NCBI GenBank assembly: GCA_913043225.1
Contig: CAJWLU010000004.1
Location: 32,001 to 96,000 of the forward strand
Direction of reading: 5' to 3'
From: an uncultured Acidobacteriota bacterium
GTDB lineage: Bacteria > Acidobacteriota > Vicinamibacteria > Vicinamibacterales > UBA8438
Length of the DNA stretch: 64,000 nt
The notes under the pieces were generated by a model, which made no database searches, was not told where the DNA came from, and saw only the letters and a list, made by a program, of their open reading frames with translations. Below, piece after piece: positions 10,478 to 20,608 of the stretch. Made by a program: the position numbers and the translations under genes. The stretch's first letter is position 1. Each line of letters starts with the position of its first letter.

Positions 10478-10947
10478 CCCTCAAAGGGCTCATGGTCGAC
10501 CCGGTCACAAACACACCGATCGTGCTGCTCCATGACCCTGAAGGACAGCGCGTGCTGCCGATCTGGGTCGGGGCACCCGAAGCGAACGCCATCGCGCTAC
10601 AGATCGAGAACATCCCAGCTCCGAGGCCCATGACCCACGATCTACTGAGGAACGTGATCGCCGATCTAAAAGGCGAGGTACGCCGCGTAGTCGTGAACGA
10701 CCTCAAGGGCGACACCTTCTACGCCCAGCTGCATTTGCGCGTTGATGGCGCCGATGCGATCATCGACGCTCGGCCCAGTGACGCCATCGCTCTGGCGCTG
10801 CGGGCGCGAGCGCCGATCTTCGCGGAAGACCACGTAATCGTTAACGCGAAGTCACTTGACATGACGACCGACAAAGGCAACTCCGAGCGGCTCCAGCAGT
10901 GGCTCGAGAACCTCGACCCTGACGAGCTCGGCAAATATAAGATGTAG
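10462..10947 (+). CDS. Bifunctional nuclease family (DUF151) protein
   Basis: LPIWVG..EA.AI, PRPMTHDLL, DARPSDAIALALR. Confidence 0.92.
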   Translation: MQIEMTLKGLMVDPVTNTPIVLLHDPEGQRVLPIWVGAPEANAIALQIENIPAPRPMTHDLLRNVIADLKGEVRRVVVNDLKGDTFYAQLHLRVDGADAIIDARPSDAIALALRARAPIFAEDHVIVNAKSLDMTTDKGNSERLQQWLENLDPDELGKYKM

Positions 10948-11140
10948 CCGGCCGACCCAGACCGAGCGGGGCCAGGCCCGCCCTCCAATCCACGACATCA
11001 CTGCGAGCGCTAGAGGCACTCGCACCGACCGGGAAGGGGTGCCGTCCAGTCAACCCTTGCAGTCCCCCGCGCAGCATCCTAGAATATCGCGGTCCGTCCA
11101 CCCCAGCTTCCGGAGAGTCACCCGGCCTGTGTCTTCAAAG

Positions 11141-11899
11141 ATGATCGTCGCGATCACAAACCAAAAGGGCGGAGTAGGCAAGACCACGACCGCCCTCAAC
11201 CTCGCGGCCGCTCTGGCGATCCGAGGCAAGCAAACGTTGCTCATCGACCTAGATCCCCAGGGGAACAGCACACTGTCCTTCGTCGAGCGAGACCAGATCA
11301 CGGCCTCGGTCTATGACGCGTTTACCGACCGCTCCTGCTCGCTGGAAGACGTCATCGTGCCGGCCGCGCAGCAAGACAATCTATCGGTCGTGCCCGCCCG
11401 CATCTCACTGGCTAAACTCGAAGCCCGACTCGTCGGTGAACTTGACGCACACTTCCGGCTCAAGGATTTACTGACACCCCTGACCAGCAAATATCCGTAT
11501 GTCGTCATCGACTGCCCGCCCACACTCGGACTGCTGACAGTAAATGCCCTAGTCGCGGCGAGTCATCTGCTTATTCCAATCCAGTCATCCTATTTCGCTC
11601 TTGAGGGCACCGACGACCTCCTTGAAACCATCGAGAAGGTTCGCAGCCGCGCCAACCCTAGCCTTGACATCATCGGCGTGCTAGTCACCATGCACGACAA
11701 GCGCACGTCGCTCGGGAAAGACATACAGAATCAGATCAGCAAGGTGTTTGGCCCGAAAGTATTCAAGACCATCATCTCGAAGAACGTCCGGCTGGAGGAA
11801 AGTCCTGCGTATCGGGAATCGATCTTCTCATTTGCCCCAGACTCGAAGGGCGCGTCCGACTACTACAGCTTGTGCGAAGAGGTCATTGACCGTGCCTAA
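11141..11899 (+). CDS. parA: ParA/Soj-family ATPase
   Basis: NQKGGVGKTTT, IDLDPQGN, IDCPPTLG; start at ATG 11141. Confidence 0.93.
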   Translation: MIVAITNQKGGVGKTTTALNLAAALAIRGKQTLLIDLDPQGNSTLSFVERDQITASVYDAFTDRSCSLEDVIVPAAQQDNLSVVPARISLAKLEARLVGELDAHFRLKDLLTPLTSKYPYVVIDCPPTLGLLTVNALVAASHLLIPIQSSYFALEGTDDLLETIEKVRSRANPSLDIIGVLVTMHDKRTSLGKDIQNQISKVFGPKVFKTIISKNVRLEESPAYRESIFSFAPDSKGASDYYSLCEEVIDRA

Positions 11900-11916
11900 T
11901 CAGGGGAGCAAACAGC

Positions 11917-12750
11917 ATGGCTAGACGCGGGCTACCTCGTGCCGTGACCATGCGGCATGACGAGCACTACGTCGAGGCGTTAGCCGCCTCATCCGGAGCG
12001 CCAATCGGGCGGATGGTGCCGATCGATCAGGTCGACCCGAATCCTGATCAGCCGCGACAGGTTCTCGGTGACCTGTCTGAGCTGATGGCGTCGATTGCCG
12101 AGAAGGGCATCATCGAACCCCTAATCGTCCGACAGCGCCGGGGCCGGTTCCAGATTGTGGCTGGCGAACGCCGCTACCAGGCAGCGACCCGGGTCGGCAT
12201 CGCCGAAGTCCCCGTTGTCATTCGCGACGTGGACGACGCCGAACTGCTCGAGATTGCCCTCGTCGAAAACATCCAGCGCAAGGACCTGAGCCCGTTTGAA
12301 GAAGCAGAAGCTCTCAACACCCTTGTCAAGGATCACGGCCTCAGACACGAAGACCTGGCGCGCAGGCTAGGAAAGTCTCGCAGCTCGGTCACTGAGTCCC
12401 TCAGTCTCCACGCGATGCCCGACGACGTCCGCGAGCTTTGTCGGCTGGCCGACATTAGCTCCAAGTCCCTTCTTCTACAGGTGGTTAGGCAAGGAAATTC
12501 CGAGAAAATGATCGCCCTGATCGAGCAGTTAACCCGCGACGGCAGAGGCGCGACACGCGAGCAGGCACGGGCAGCCTCGACCAAACCGAAAGCCGGCCGA
12601 CCCCGCGCCTACACTTTTAAGTACGCTGCCCCCACCAAACATTTCGATCTCAGCCTCAAGTTTCGGAAGTCGCGGGTCAATCGCACCGAGATTATTCGCG
12701 CCCTCACAGAGATCATCGAAGAACTGAAGCACGCTGACCGGCAGAGCTAG
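11917..12750 (+). CDS. parB: ParB/Spo0J-family protein
   Basis: PNPDQPR, IVAGERRY, ALVENIQRKDLSPFEEA, HTH. Confidence 0.92.
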   Translation: MARRGLPRAVTMRHDEHYVEALAASSGAPIGRMVPIDQVDPNPDQPRQVLGDLSELMASIAEKGIIEPLIVRQRRGRFQIVAGERRYQAATRVGIAEVPVVIRDVDDAELLEIALVENIQRKDLSPFEEAEALNTLVKDHGLRHEDLARRLGKSRSSVTESLSLHAMPDDVRELCRLADISSKSLLLQVVRQGNSEKMIALIEQLTRDGRGATREQARAASTKPKAGRPRAYTFKYAAPTKHFDLSLKFRKSRVNRTEIIRALTEIIEELKHADRQS

Positions 12751-12977
12751 CCTGGTCGGCAGTTGAATTGCTCTCCAAAGAACGCTCAGGCACCCAGGGC
12801 AGCTAGAGCCCTCGGTCCGCCTATTCCTCACACAAGTTAACATAACAACCCTTATTGGACTCAATAACTACAGCGCTTGGTGGTCGCCAATAACCACTCC
12901 CTCCAGGATTCCGACGGACGTCCGGGCGCGCTCGGGAATACGACTGGCTGTCGTCAATGTTAGAATCTCCGTGACCA

Positions 12978-15323
12978 ATGCTCCGCACCCTCGACCGGTA
13001 TGTTCTGAGAGAGACCCTACCTATGGTCTTTCTGGTACTACTTGTCCTTACCTTCGTTCTCCTAATTCCACCGTTGATGCAGGTCGCCCAGAACCTGCTA
13101 GCCAAAGGCGTCGACGCCTGGACCGTAGCCGAGCTGCTCATCATGCTGGTTCCGCAGGGACTCGGCGTGACGATTCCGATGGCTGTTCTGGTCGGCCTGC
13201 TAATGGGATTGGGCCGGATGTCGGGCGACCGTGAAACCGTGGCGCTCCAAGCCTGCGGAGTCAGCATCTACCGCCTCCTTCGGCCGGTAGCCGCTCTCGG
13301 GCTAGTCGCGACGCTGGCTACGGCCTGGGTCGTGCACGTGGCGTTACCCGGGGCCAATCAACGCTATCGCGAGATAGTCTACGAAAGGCTCGCGTCGCGA
13401 GCGGCCGACGAGATCAAGGCTCGCGTCTTCTATCAGGGATTCCCTGGCGTCATCCTCTATATCTGGGACATCGACCAGGCCACAAACCAGTGGACGAACG
13501 TGTTCATGGCAGACAGCCGTGACCCTGACCAACCGCTCGCCTATCTAGCCGAAGAGGGCCGAGTCATTCTGGACCAAGAGCAGCGGCTGGTTGACATCGT
13601 GCTCGATCGGGCCACCGGGCACAGCGTGTCCCAAAACGACCCGACGGTGTACGACGTCAGCTACAACGAAGAACTCGTGCTTAAGCTCGATCCAGAGACC
13701 ATTTTCCCAGCAGGCGGCCCCGACATCGGCTATCGCGAGATGACGATGGCCCAGTTGCAGGCCGAAGTGGATACGCTCGTCGAGCAAGGGGTGTCGCCAC
13801 ACAACCCCATAATGGAGATTCACCAGAAATTCTCACTGCCGGTGGCATGCCTGGTGTTCGGACTTCTCGCGCTGGGGCTCGGGGTCACCAGCCGAAAGGA
13901 CGGTAAGCTGGCGAGCTTCGCTATCGGCATCGGCGTCATCTTCGCCTATTACATTCTGATGTACGGCGCCCGGGCCATGGCGAAAGGCGCGCTGGTCTCA
14001 CCCCATTTAGCCATGTGGGTGCCAGACATCTTGCTCGGGTTTGCTGGAATCGGCTTGCTGGCGTGGCGGTCTCACTCAGCCGAGCGCCGCATCAACTTGG
14101 GCTTCGGCCTCCTCAAGCGAACGCCCTCGGAGCCTCCGCTCGGAGCCGAGGAGCCAGTGGCGATCAGCGATTCGAGCGAGACCTTTCCGCGGGCGAATGG
14201 GCAGATCGACACCGACACCGGCACGCCTGGCGGCGTGCTGAGCTTACTCGACCGATACGTCGGCCAACAGTACTTAAAGCTCGTGGCGCTCTCGTTCGTC
14301 GGACTGCTGGGCATCTTCTACATCTCGACCTTCATCGACCTGTCGGACAAGCTCTTTAAGGGCGAGACGACGCTGATGCAGCTTGTCGAGTATTTCTATT
14401 ACGCCACCCCGCAGTTCGTGTACTTCGTACTTCCGATCTCGGCGCTGGTGGCAACCCTCATCACCATAGGAGTGCTAACCAAGAGCAGCGAGCTGACAGT
14501 CATGAAGGCGTGTGGCATCAGCCTCTACCGAGCCGCCCTGCCGCTGATTCTGTTCTCACTCACTTGGAGCGGCGTCCTGTTCGCGATGGAAGAAAGCTTC
14601 CTAGCCGACGCGAATCGGCGCGCCGAATCGCTACGCCACGTCATCCGCGGCGGCTCACCGCAGACGTTTGATGTACTCAACCGTAAATGGGTAGTCAGCC
14701 CAGACGGCGACATCTACAACTACGTACACTTCGACCCTACCAGCGCCGAGCTGCGTTCCGTCACGGTCTACGACTTCGACAACGATCAGTGGCGGCTCAA
14801 AGGTCGGAGCTTTGCGGCAAGGGCCAGCTACAGCGACGGATGGGAAGCGACCGATGTCTGGACTCGGTCGTTTGAAGGCGAAGGTGACAGCGCACAGGCG
14901 GGCGCCTTCGATCATTCCGAAACAGGCTCTCTGGGAATTGAACCGCCCGCCTACTTCTCTACCGAACAACCGGATGCTCAGCGAATGAGCTACCAGGAAC
15001 TTGGTAGCTACATCGGCAGCCTCGAGGCGAGCGGCGTCGATGTGGTCAAGCTCAAGGTCGACCTAGAACGCAAACTCTCCTTCCCTTTCGTGACTCTGAT
15101 TCTTACCCTCATCGCCGTACCGTTTGCGGTCACCACCGGTCGTCACGGCGCGCTTTACGGCGTCGGCATCGGCATCACGCTCGCCATCAGCTACTGGGTC
15201 GTGATTAGCGTATTCGCCGCCATCGGCAGCGCCGGCCTGCTCAGCCCTCTGCTCGCCGCCTGGGCGCCCAACGTCCTGTTCGGAGGTTCTGCCGTATATC
15301 TCCTGCTGACTGTCCCCACATAG
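12978..15323 (+). CDS. lptFG: Fused LPS export permease LptF-LptG
   Basis: Two tandem LptF/G units, each starting LDRYV and containing E..(A/V)..ACG(V/I)S(I/L)YR. Confidence 0.92.
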   Translation: MLRTLDRYVLRETLPMVFLVLLVLTFVLLIPPLMQVAQNLLAKGVDAWTVAELLIMLVPQGLGVTIPMAVLVGLLMGLGRMSGDRETVALQACGVSIYRLLRPVAALGLVATLATAWVVHVALPGANQRYREIVYERLASRAADEIKARVFYQGFPGVILYIWDIDQATNQWTNVFMADSRDPDQPLAYLAEEGRVILDQEQRLVDIVLDRATGHSVSQNDPTVYDVSYNEELVLKLDPETIFPAGGPDIGYREMTMAQLQAEVDTLVEQGVSPHNPIMEIHQKFSLPVACLVFGLLALGLGVTSRKDGKLASFAIGIGVIFAYYILMYGARAMAKGALVSPHLAMWVPDILLGFAGIGLLAWRSHSAERRINLGFGLLKRTPSEPPLGAEEPVAISDSSETFPRANGQIDTDTGTPGGVLSLLDRYVGQQYLKLVALSFVGLLGIFYISTFIDLSDKLFKGETTLMQLVEYFYYATPQFVYFVLPISALVATLITIGVLTKSSELTVMKACGISLYRAALPLILFSLTWSGVLFAMEESFLADANRRAESLRHVIRGGSPQTFDVLNRKWVVSPDGDIYNYVHFDPTSAELRSVTVYDFDNDQWRLKGRSFAARASYSDGWEATDVWTRSFEGEGDSAQAGAFDHSETGSLGIEPPAYFSTEQPDAQRMSYQELGSYIGSLEASGVDVVKLKVDLERKLSFPFVTLILTLIAVPFAVTTGRHGALYGVGIGITLAISYWVVISVFAAIGSAGLLSPLLAAWAPNVLFGGSAVYLLLTVPT

Positions 15324-15444
15324 GCGGTCCATGGCGAATCCTATTGAAGGCCTTTAACTCTACGTACGAGGTATGGCGCGAAGAGGGGGGTCCCCTGTTC
15401 CGACATATTGCTTCCTAGGTTGTTTGACCTATTCTGGGAAAGCT

Positions 15445-15483
15445 AAAAAAGAGGGCCTGGCACCCGCGTTGCGCACCAGGCCC
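15445..15483 (-). terminator. Possible intrinsic terminator after metK
   Basis: GGGCCTGG...CCAGGCCC 8-bp stem followed by TCTTTTTT on minus strand; loop is long (15 nt). Confidence 0.5.
15458..15472 (+). promoter_or_regulatory. Sigma-54 -24/-12 promoter motif with no sense gene downstream
   Basis: TGGCAC-CCGCG-TTGC, exact consensus spacing, preceded by an AT-richer intergenic tract. Confidence 0.55.
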
Positions 15484-15511
15484 GAACAACACCAATGGCG
15501 GCGACCCGCCG

Positions 15512-16663
15512 CTACAACCCTGCTGCTCCCCTTAGTGCGTCCGCCTTGTCCGTCCGTTCCCAACTGATCTCCGGCTCACTACGCCCAAAGTGGCCGAACG
15601 CGGCGGTCTGGCGATAGATGGGACGACGGAGGTCTAGCGCCTCGATGATGCCCTTCGGTGTGAGCTGGAAGTGCTCGCGCACGAGGTCGCTAATCCGGCT
15701 CTCGTCAAGCTTTGCGGTGCCAAAGGTCTCGATCAAGACCGACACCGGCTCCGCGACACCTATGGCGTACGCAAGCTGAACCTGCACCCGGTCGGCCAAC
15801 CCGGCGGCCACGCAATTCTTAGCCACGTACCGGGCCATGTAGGTAGCCGAGCGGTCTACCTTCGTGGGGTCTTTGCCAGAGAACGCACCGCCCCCATGGG
15901 GTGCATAGCCGCCGTAGGTGTCGACAATGATCTTCCGTCCGGTCAGCCCGGCGTCACCGTGAGGGCCTCCAGTAACGAAACGCCCCGTCGGGTTCACGTA
16001 GATGTGCGTCCTCTCGTCGAGAAGGTGCTCAGGGACGATGCAATTGATGACGCGGTTAAGGACGTCTTCACGGATCCGCTCGGTGCTCACGTCGTCGCTA
16101 TGCTGGCTGGAGACCACGACCGCATCGACGCGCTTCGGAGTGTCTCCGTCATACTCAACCGTCACCTGGGACTTGCCGTCAGGCCGGAGATAGTCGATGA
16201 CGCCATCTCGACGGGCGCGGGACAGTCCGCGGCACAGGTCGTGGGCCAGCGAGATCGGCAGCGGCATCAACGACTCTGTCTCACGACAGGCGTAGCCAAA
16301 CATCAGGCCCTGGTCGCCCGCACCGCCAGGGTCGACACCCATCGCGATGTCGGGTGACTGACCATGAATCGAGGACAGCACGGCACAGGTATCCGCGTCG
16401 AATCCGTACTTGGCGCGGTCGTAGCCGACCTCGCGAATGGTCTCTCGGACCACGTCGGTAAAGTCGGTCGTACCCTTGGTCGTAATCTCGCCTGCGATAA
16501 CCACCAGCCCAGTCGTTAACAGCGTCTCGCAGGCCACACGGCCGTTCGGATCCTGAGCGAGGACGGTGTCCACGATGCTGTCGGATACCTGGTCGGCGAT
16601 CTTGTCCGGATGACCTTCGGTGACCGACTCCGAAGTAAAGAGGTAGTTCCCGGTCCGGCGCAT
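15512..16663 (-). CDS. metK: S-adenosylmethionine synthetase
   Basis: [46 protein letters not shown]; start ATG 16663 behind AAGGAG. Confidence 0.98.
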   Translation of the reverse strand: MRRTGNYLFTSESVTEGHPDKIADQVSDSIVDTVLAQDPNGRVACETLLTTGLVVIAGEITTKGTTDFTDVVRETIREVGYDRAKYGFDADTCAVLSSIHGQSPDIAMGVDPGGAGDQGLMFGYACRETESLMPLPISLAHDLCRGLSRARRDGVIDYLRPDGKSQVTVEYDGDTPKRVDAVVVSSQHSDDVSTERIREDVLNRVINCIVPEHLLDERTHIYVNPTGRFVTGGPHGDAGLTGRKIIVDTYGGYAPHGGGAFSGKDPTKVDRSATYMARYVAKNCVAAGLADRVQVQLAYAIGVAEPVSVLIETFGTAKLDESRISDLVREHFQLTPKGIIEALDLRRPIYRQTAAFGHFGRSEPEISWERTDKADALRGAAGL

Positions 16664-16762
16664 TGGTAGCTCCTTGCCAAGTATCGGGTGCGTGGGGCCA
16701 GTGGATGGGACTTCACGAGCCGACGCGCCCCGGAATCTCCCTTGGTGAACAGGGATCCAGTA

Positions 16763-16792
16763 ACCATAACAAAGCCTCATTCTCAGGGTCAA
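16763..16792 (-). promoter_or_regulatory. Candidate sigma-70 promoter of metK
   Basis: TTGACC-N18-TATGGT with TG extension. Confidence 0.5.
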
Positions 16793-16821
16793 CGGCGGGC
16801 GCGCCTCCGGCGCCGCCGGGA

Positions 16822-17766
16822 TCATGGCCGGGGATGGAACTCATCGTAAACTGCCTTTAGGCGGGCCTCGATGATGTGCGTGTAGATCTGCGTCGTTGAG
16901 AGGTCCGCATGGCCAAGCAACGTTTGAATCACCCGGAGGTCAGCACCCCGCTCGAGGAGATGAGTCGCAAACGAATGACGGAGCACATGGGGGCTGAGGT
17001 CTCGCGACAGACCAGCCTGGGCACCATATTTCTTGACAATCTTCCAGAAACCGACCCGCGTCAGCTCGCCTCCTCCGCGAGCGTTCGGGAACAGATGGGT
17101 TCCCTCGCGGCCCTTGAGCAACGCTTCCCTCGCTCCGGCGAGGTACCGCGTGATCCAGCCGGTAGCCGTTCGCCCGATAGGGACAACACGCTCCCTGGCC
17201 CCCTTCCCGAGACAGGTCAGATAGCCACCCTCGAGATGCACGTCGTCCACCCGTAGGCTGACGAGCTCGCTCACCCGCATACCGGTGGCATACAGTAGTT
17301 CGAGGAGCGCTTTGTCCCGGAGACCGCCCGGTGTCTCCACGTCCGGTTGTTCAAGTAGGCTGTCGACATCGTCGAGCGACAGAAATTTGGGCAGCGCCGG
17401 CCACGCCCGAGGCGCGCGCAAGTCGTCCGCCGGACTCACGGCTAGCTGACCGTCGCTCGCCAGGAAACGGAAGAAGCTCCGCACACAGGCCACCACCCGG
17501 GCCACCGAGCGTGGCGAGAGGCCAGCCGACATCAACTGGCGCACGAAAGCCTCCAATTCAAGCCGGCCCAGCATGACCGGGTCTAGCTCTACGCCCTTGG
17601 CAAACGCCATCAACCGCGCGAGATCGCGCCGGTAGGCTTCGAGCGTGTGCGGCGATAGCCGCCGCGAAACGCGGAGTTCTTCGAGAAACCCAGTCACTGC
17701 CTGATGCTCACCGACGGCGGCACCCTTCATTGCCCGCTCATTTTGGCCGTTGTATACTTTTTTCAC
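16822..17766 (-). CDS. xerD: Site-specific tyrosine recombinase XerD
   Basis: [52 protein letters not shown]; exact start uncertain. Confidence 0.93.
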   Translation of the reverse strand: MKKVYNGQNERAMKGAAVGEHQAVTGFLEELRVSRRLSPHTLEAYRRDLARLMAFAKGVELDPVMLGRLELEAFVRQLMSAGLSPRSVARVVACVRSFFRFLASDGQLAVSPADDLRAPRAWPALPKFLSLDDVDSLLEQPDVETPGGLRDKALLELLYATGMRVSELVSLRVDDVHLEGGYLTCLGKGARERVVPIGRTATGWITRYLAGAREALLKGREGTHLFPNARGGGELTRVGFWKIVKKYGAQAGLSRDLSPHVLRHSFATHLLERGADLRVIQTLLGHADLSTTQIYTHIIEARLKAVYDEFHPRP

Positions 17767-17868
17767 GTGTATTCACCGATCTGGCGGGTCCTTTCTAGCA
17801 CCCGTCGCGCGAGATACGGCGGACCGTTTGCCCTGCAATTCATCGGGTACTCAGCGGTGACTTCTCAC

Positions 17869-19134
17869 ATGTCAGAACAGCTAAATCACAGATCTGGACG
17901 GGGCTTTATCACGCCTGGACTCGTGCTGGCGATCACCCTCGCCGGCTGCGCTTCGCGCACCTCGCCGGCGACCGCCCCCACCATACCAGTGGAGCCTGCC
18001 GACTTCGAGACCCAGCTCTCCGAATATGTTCAGGTGCAAGAGGCGCTAGCCGCCGACGACTTCGTCGCCGCCCGGACCGAGCTCGAAGAATTCGCTCAGC
18101 TCACCGACGCCGCCACGCAGGCTCTGGCCCTTGTCGCTCTCGACGCTGGAAACATCGAGGCCATGCGCGCCGACTTCAAACCACTATCCGAGTCGCTGGT
18201 GTCCCAGGAGCTCCCCCAGGGGTTCGCGCGCGCCTACTGTCCGATGTACGACAACGGGTCTTCCTGGATTCAACGCGACGGCCCGGTCCGCAATCCCTAT
18301 TACGGCGCGGCCATGCTGACCTGCGGCGTGGTCGACGCGGCCGCCGGCGCGCATATGGACCACGGCCCACAGCACGGTGGCACCGTGTTCATGGCGCCAG
18401 ACAGCTTCCATCACATCGAAGGCATCTACCCCGAGCCTGGTGTGTTCCGGCTGTATGCGACGAATAACTACCGGGAACCGGTCGACGTCAGCGGCTGGAC
18501 CGGCCGGGCCGTCACCCAGGAGGACTACGACGCGGACACGGACGAGTTCGTCGAGGTGGCCGCGTTCGACCTCATCCCCGGCCCGGATGGTGCCTACCTC
18601 GAGGCGCTGATCCCGGGCGGCGCGATTCCTGCCGAGGTCGCGGCCAAGGTGTTCTTCGAACCGGACTTCCCCGCCGAGCGGTTCGACTTCATCTTCGCCG
18701 AGCTCACGGTCGAAGCGTCGGTGGACGCCGCTCCGACCAGTGGCGCGGTCGCCCTGGACGCTCCTGAGACGGTGCCGCTATCGCAACGTATCCTGCCAGA
18801 CATCCCGGCCCAGGCTGGCGACATCGCGGTCGCAATTGTCACGCGGGACCGCCAGATCCAGGACATGATCGGGCGCGGCGCCTTTACCGAGATATTCATC
18901 CCGGCTCTTCAGGCCAAGGAGCTCGCGTTGGCGCTTCAGCGCAACGAACAGCCGCTACCAGATGCCGCGCGCAATCAGGTTCAGATTGCCGTACGTCACC
19001 TCGTACGAGCAGCCTATCTGCTCGACTGGTACGGCGACCTGGGCAACAAGAACGACGTCGACAGTGCGTACGGCGTATTTGGCGACGCGGTCGGTATCAT
19101 CAGTGAGGTCTACGGCCTACCAGGCGGCCAGTAA
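17869..19134 (+). CDS. Lipoprotein with DUF3347-like metal-binding domain and His-rich second domain
   Basis: Lipobox LAGC; YCPM...W......NPYYG..ML.CG; AHMDHGPQHGG...FHHIEG. Confidence 0.7.
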   Translation: MSEQLNHRSGRGFITPGLVLAITLAGCASRTSPATAPTIPVEPADFETQLSEYVQVQEALAADDFVAARTELEEFAQLTDAATQALALVALDAGNIEAMRADFKPLSESLVSQELPQGFARAYCPMYDNGSSWIQRDGPVRNPYYGAAMLTCGVVDAAAGAHMDHGPQHGGTVFMAPDSFHHIEGIYPEPGVFRLYATNNYREPVDVSGWTGRAVTQEDYDADTDEFVEVAAFDLIPGPDGAYLEALIPGGAIPAEVAAKVFFEPDFPAERFDFIFAELTVEASVDAAPTSGAVALDAPETVPLSQRILPDIPAQAGDIAVAIVTRDRQIQDMIGRGAFTEIFIPALQAKELALALQRNEQPLPDAARNQVQIAVRHLVRAAYLLDWYGDLGNKNDVDSAYGVFGDAVGIISEVYGLPGGQ

Positions 19135-19153
19135 GGCGCTACAAGGGAATGCG

Positions 19154-20368
19154 ATGCGACGCTATACCGCAGTACTCGTCGGAGCAACGTTAGTCCTGGC
19201 CCTCGGCCCCATTAGACAGCAGATTCACGGCCATACGCCGATCGCGTCCAGGTTCACCTACAACGAACACATCTATCCTATTTTTGAAGACCAGTGCGGA
19301 AGCTGCCACGTCGAAGGCGGCATCGCCCCAATGTCGCTGCTGACCTACCAGGAGGCGTATCCCTGGACTCAATCCATTCGCGAAGAAGTCCTGGGGCTAC
19401 GGATGCCACCCTGGAAGGCTGAAGACGGCTTCGGTCAGTTCAAGAATGGCCACGTACTCCCGGCTCACGAGCTCGACATGATCCTAGAGTGGGCGGCCGG
19501 TGGTTATCCGCAGGGACCTCGAGACCAGGTTCCGACGCCTCCCGCTCCGCTCACCGACTGGAAACTTGGGGCCCCGACCCTGGAGCTGACCATTCCGGAA
19601 CCATTCGCCCTGGGCGCGAATACCAGCGAGGTGGTCCGCTATTTCGCGATGGACAGCGGGCTAGAGACCGAACAACTGATCACCGGCGTTGAAGTGCTTC
19701 CCAGCAGCCGCGCCGTCGTGCGCCATGTCTCGGTCTACGTCGACACGAGCGGCACGGCGCGCGCTGCCGACAGCGCCGACCCGGCGCCCGGATTTGCGGA
19801 CGGATTCACCGGGCAACCGGTCTCGGTCTGGTGGCCAGGTCAACAGGTGGTCACCCTCGACGACGTCGGATACGCTCTGCCGGCCGGCGCCGACGTGGTC
19901 GTGCGCATCCTGTACAAGAAGACCTGGATCACCGAAGGCCAGCAGTTCTCAGACCAGACCCGGCTCGGGCTGCACCTGGCGTCGGACGTCTCTCCTATCG
20001 ACTCCGCCGTCCTCCACTCGCAGTCTGACCCGATCGATCGCCAGCTGACGTTCAGTCACCAGGTGGACGAGGACCTCACGCTGCTCGGCCTCCTACCCGA
20101 AGTGGATATCGATGCGACCGAGCTCAAGGTCGAAGGGGTCCACCCAGACGGCTCTCGTGAGCCGCTCCTGCTTATCCGTGAGCCGGACGCCGACTGGCCG
20201 ACTCGCTACTGGTTCGACACCCCCCACGTAATGCCCACCGGTAGCCATATCGAGGTGACGGCCACCCTCCGCCCAGGCGCCGAGCGGCGCGCCGTGTCCT
20301 CCCTATTCACCAGCCAGGCGCCAGTGCGTCTGCTCCTAGACTTCACTTCGGCCTCGGCCGCGAACTGA
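19154..20368 (+). CDS. Exported c-type cytochrome fused to copper-monooxygenase (PHM)-like fold
   Basis: Signal peptide, CGSCH, IAPMSLLTY...W..SI...V....MPPW, W...G.PQG; beta-rich C-terminal half. Confidence 0.65.
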   Translation: MRRYTAVLVGATLVLALGPIRQQIHGHTPIASRFTYNEHIYPIFEDQCGSCHVEGGIAPMSLLTYQEAYPWTQSIREEVLGLRMPPWKAEDGFGQFKNGHVLPAHELDMILEWAAGGYPQGPRDQVPTPPAPLTDWKLGAPTLELTIPEPFALGANTSEVVRYFAMDSGLETEQLITGVEVLPSSRAVVRHVSVYVDTSGTARAADSADPAPGFADGFTGQPVSVWWPGQQVVTLDDVGYALPAGADVVVRILYKKTWITEGQQFSDQTRLGLHLASDVSPIDSAVLHSQSDPIDRQLTFSHQVDEDLTLLGLLPEVDIDATELKVEGVHPDGSREPLLLIREPDADWPTRYWFDTPHVMPTGSHIEVTATLRPGAERRAVSSLFTSQAPVRLLLDFTSASAAN

Positions 20369-20442
20369 GAAGGTCCGCCCGGGACGTTCGGGAGCCTCCC
20401 TCATCGAACGGCGCCCCTCTGGCTGCGGGCCCTCCTAGTCTC

Positions 20443-20607
20443 GTGTGCTCCCGGCGTGGACTGGACGGCCTGGATCCACAGGGATGGATTCCGGAGAAGC
20501 GTATCTCGCTGGAAAACGCAATCGACACCTATACCAGCCCCGCCTATGCGGGGTTCTTCGATGAGGTGGTCGGACAGATTACGGTGGAGCGCTCCGCCGA
20601 GAAGTAG
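20443..20607 (+). pseudogene. Relic of a YtcJ-like (amidohydrolase_3) gene, C-terminal fragment
   Basis: Translates as SRRGLDGLDPQGWIPEKRISLENAIDTYTSPAYAGFFDEVVGQI*, matching the family's GW.PE..I.L..A...YT...AYA.F.E...G.I segment; rest of gene absent. Confidence 0.65.
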
Positions 20608-20608
20608 G

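Noticed and set aside
16822..17766. Tyrosine recombinase as a prophage or island integrase
   Set aside because: Sequence is typical housekeeping XerD; no att repeats, tRNA or phage genes nearby
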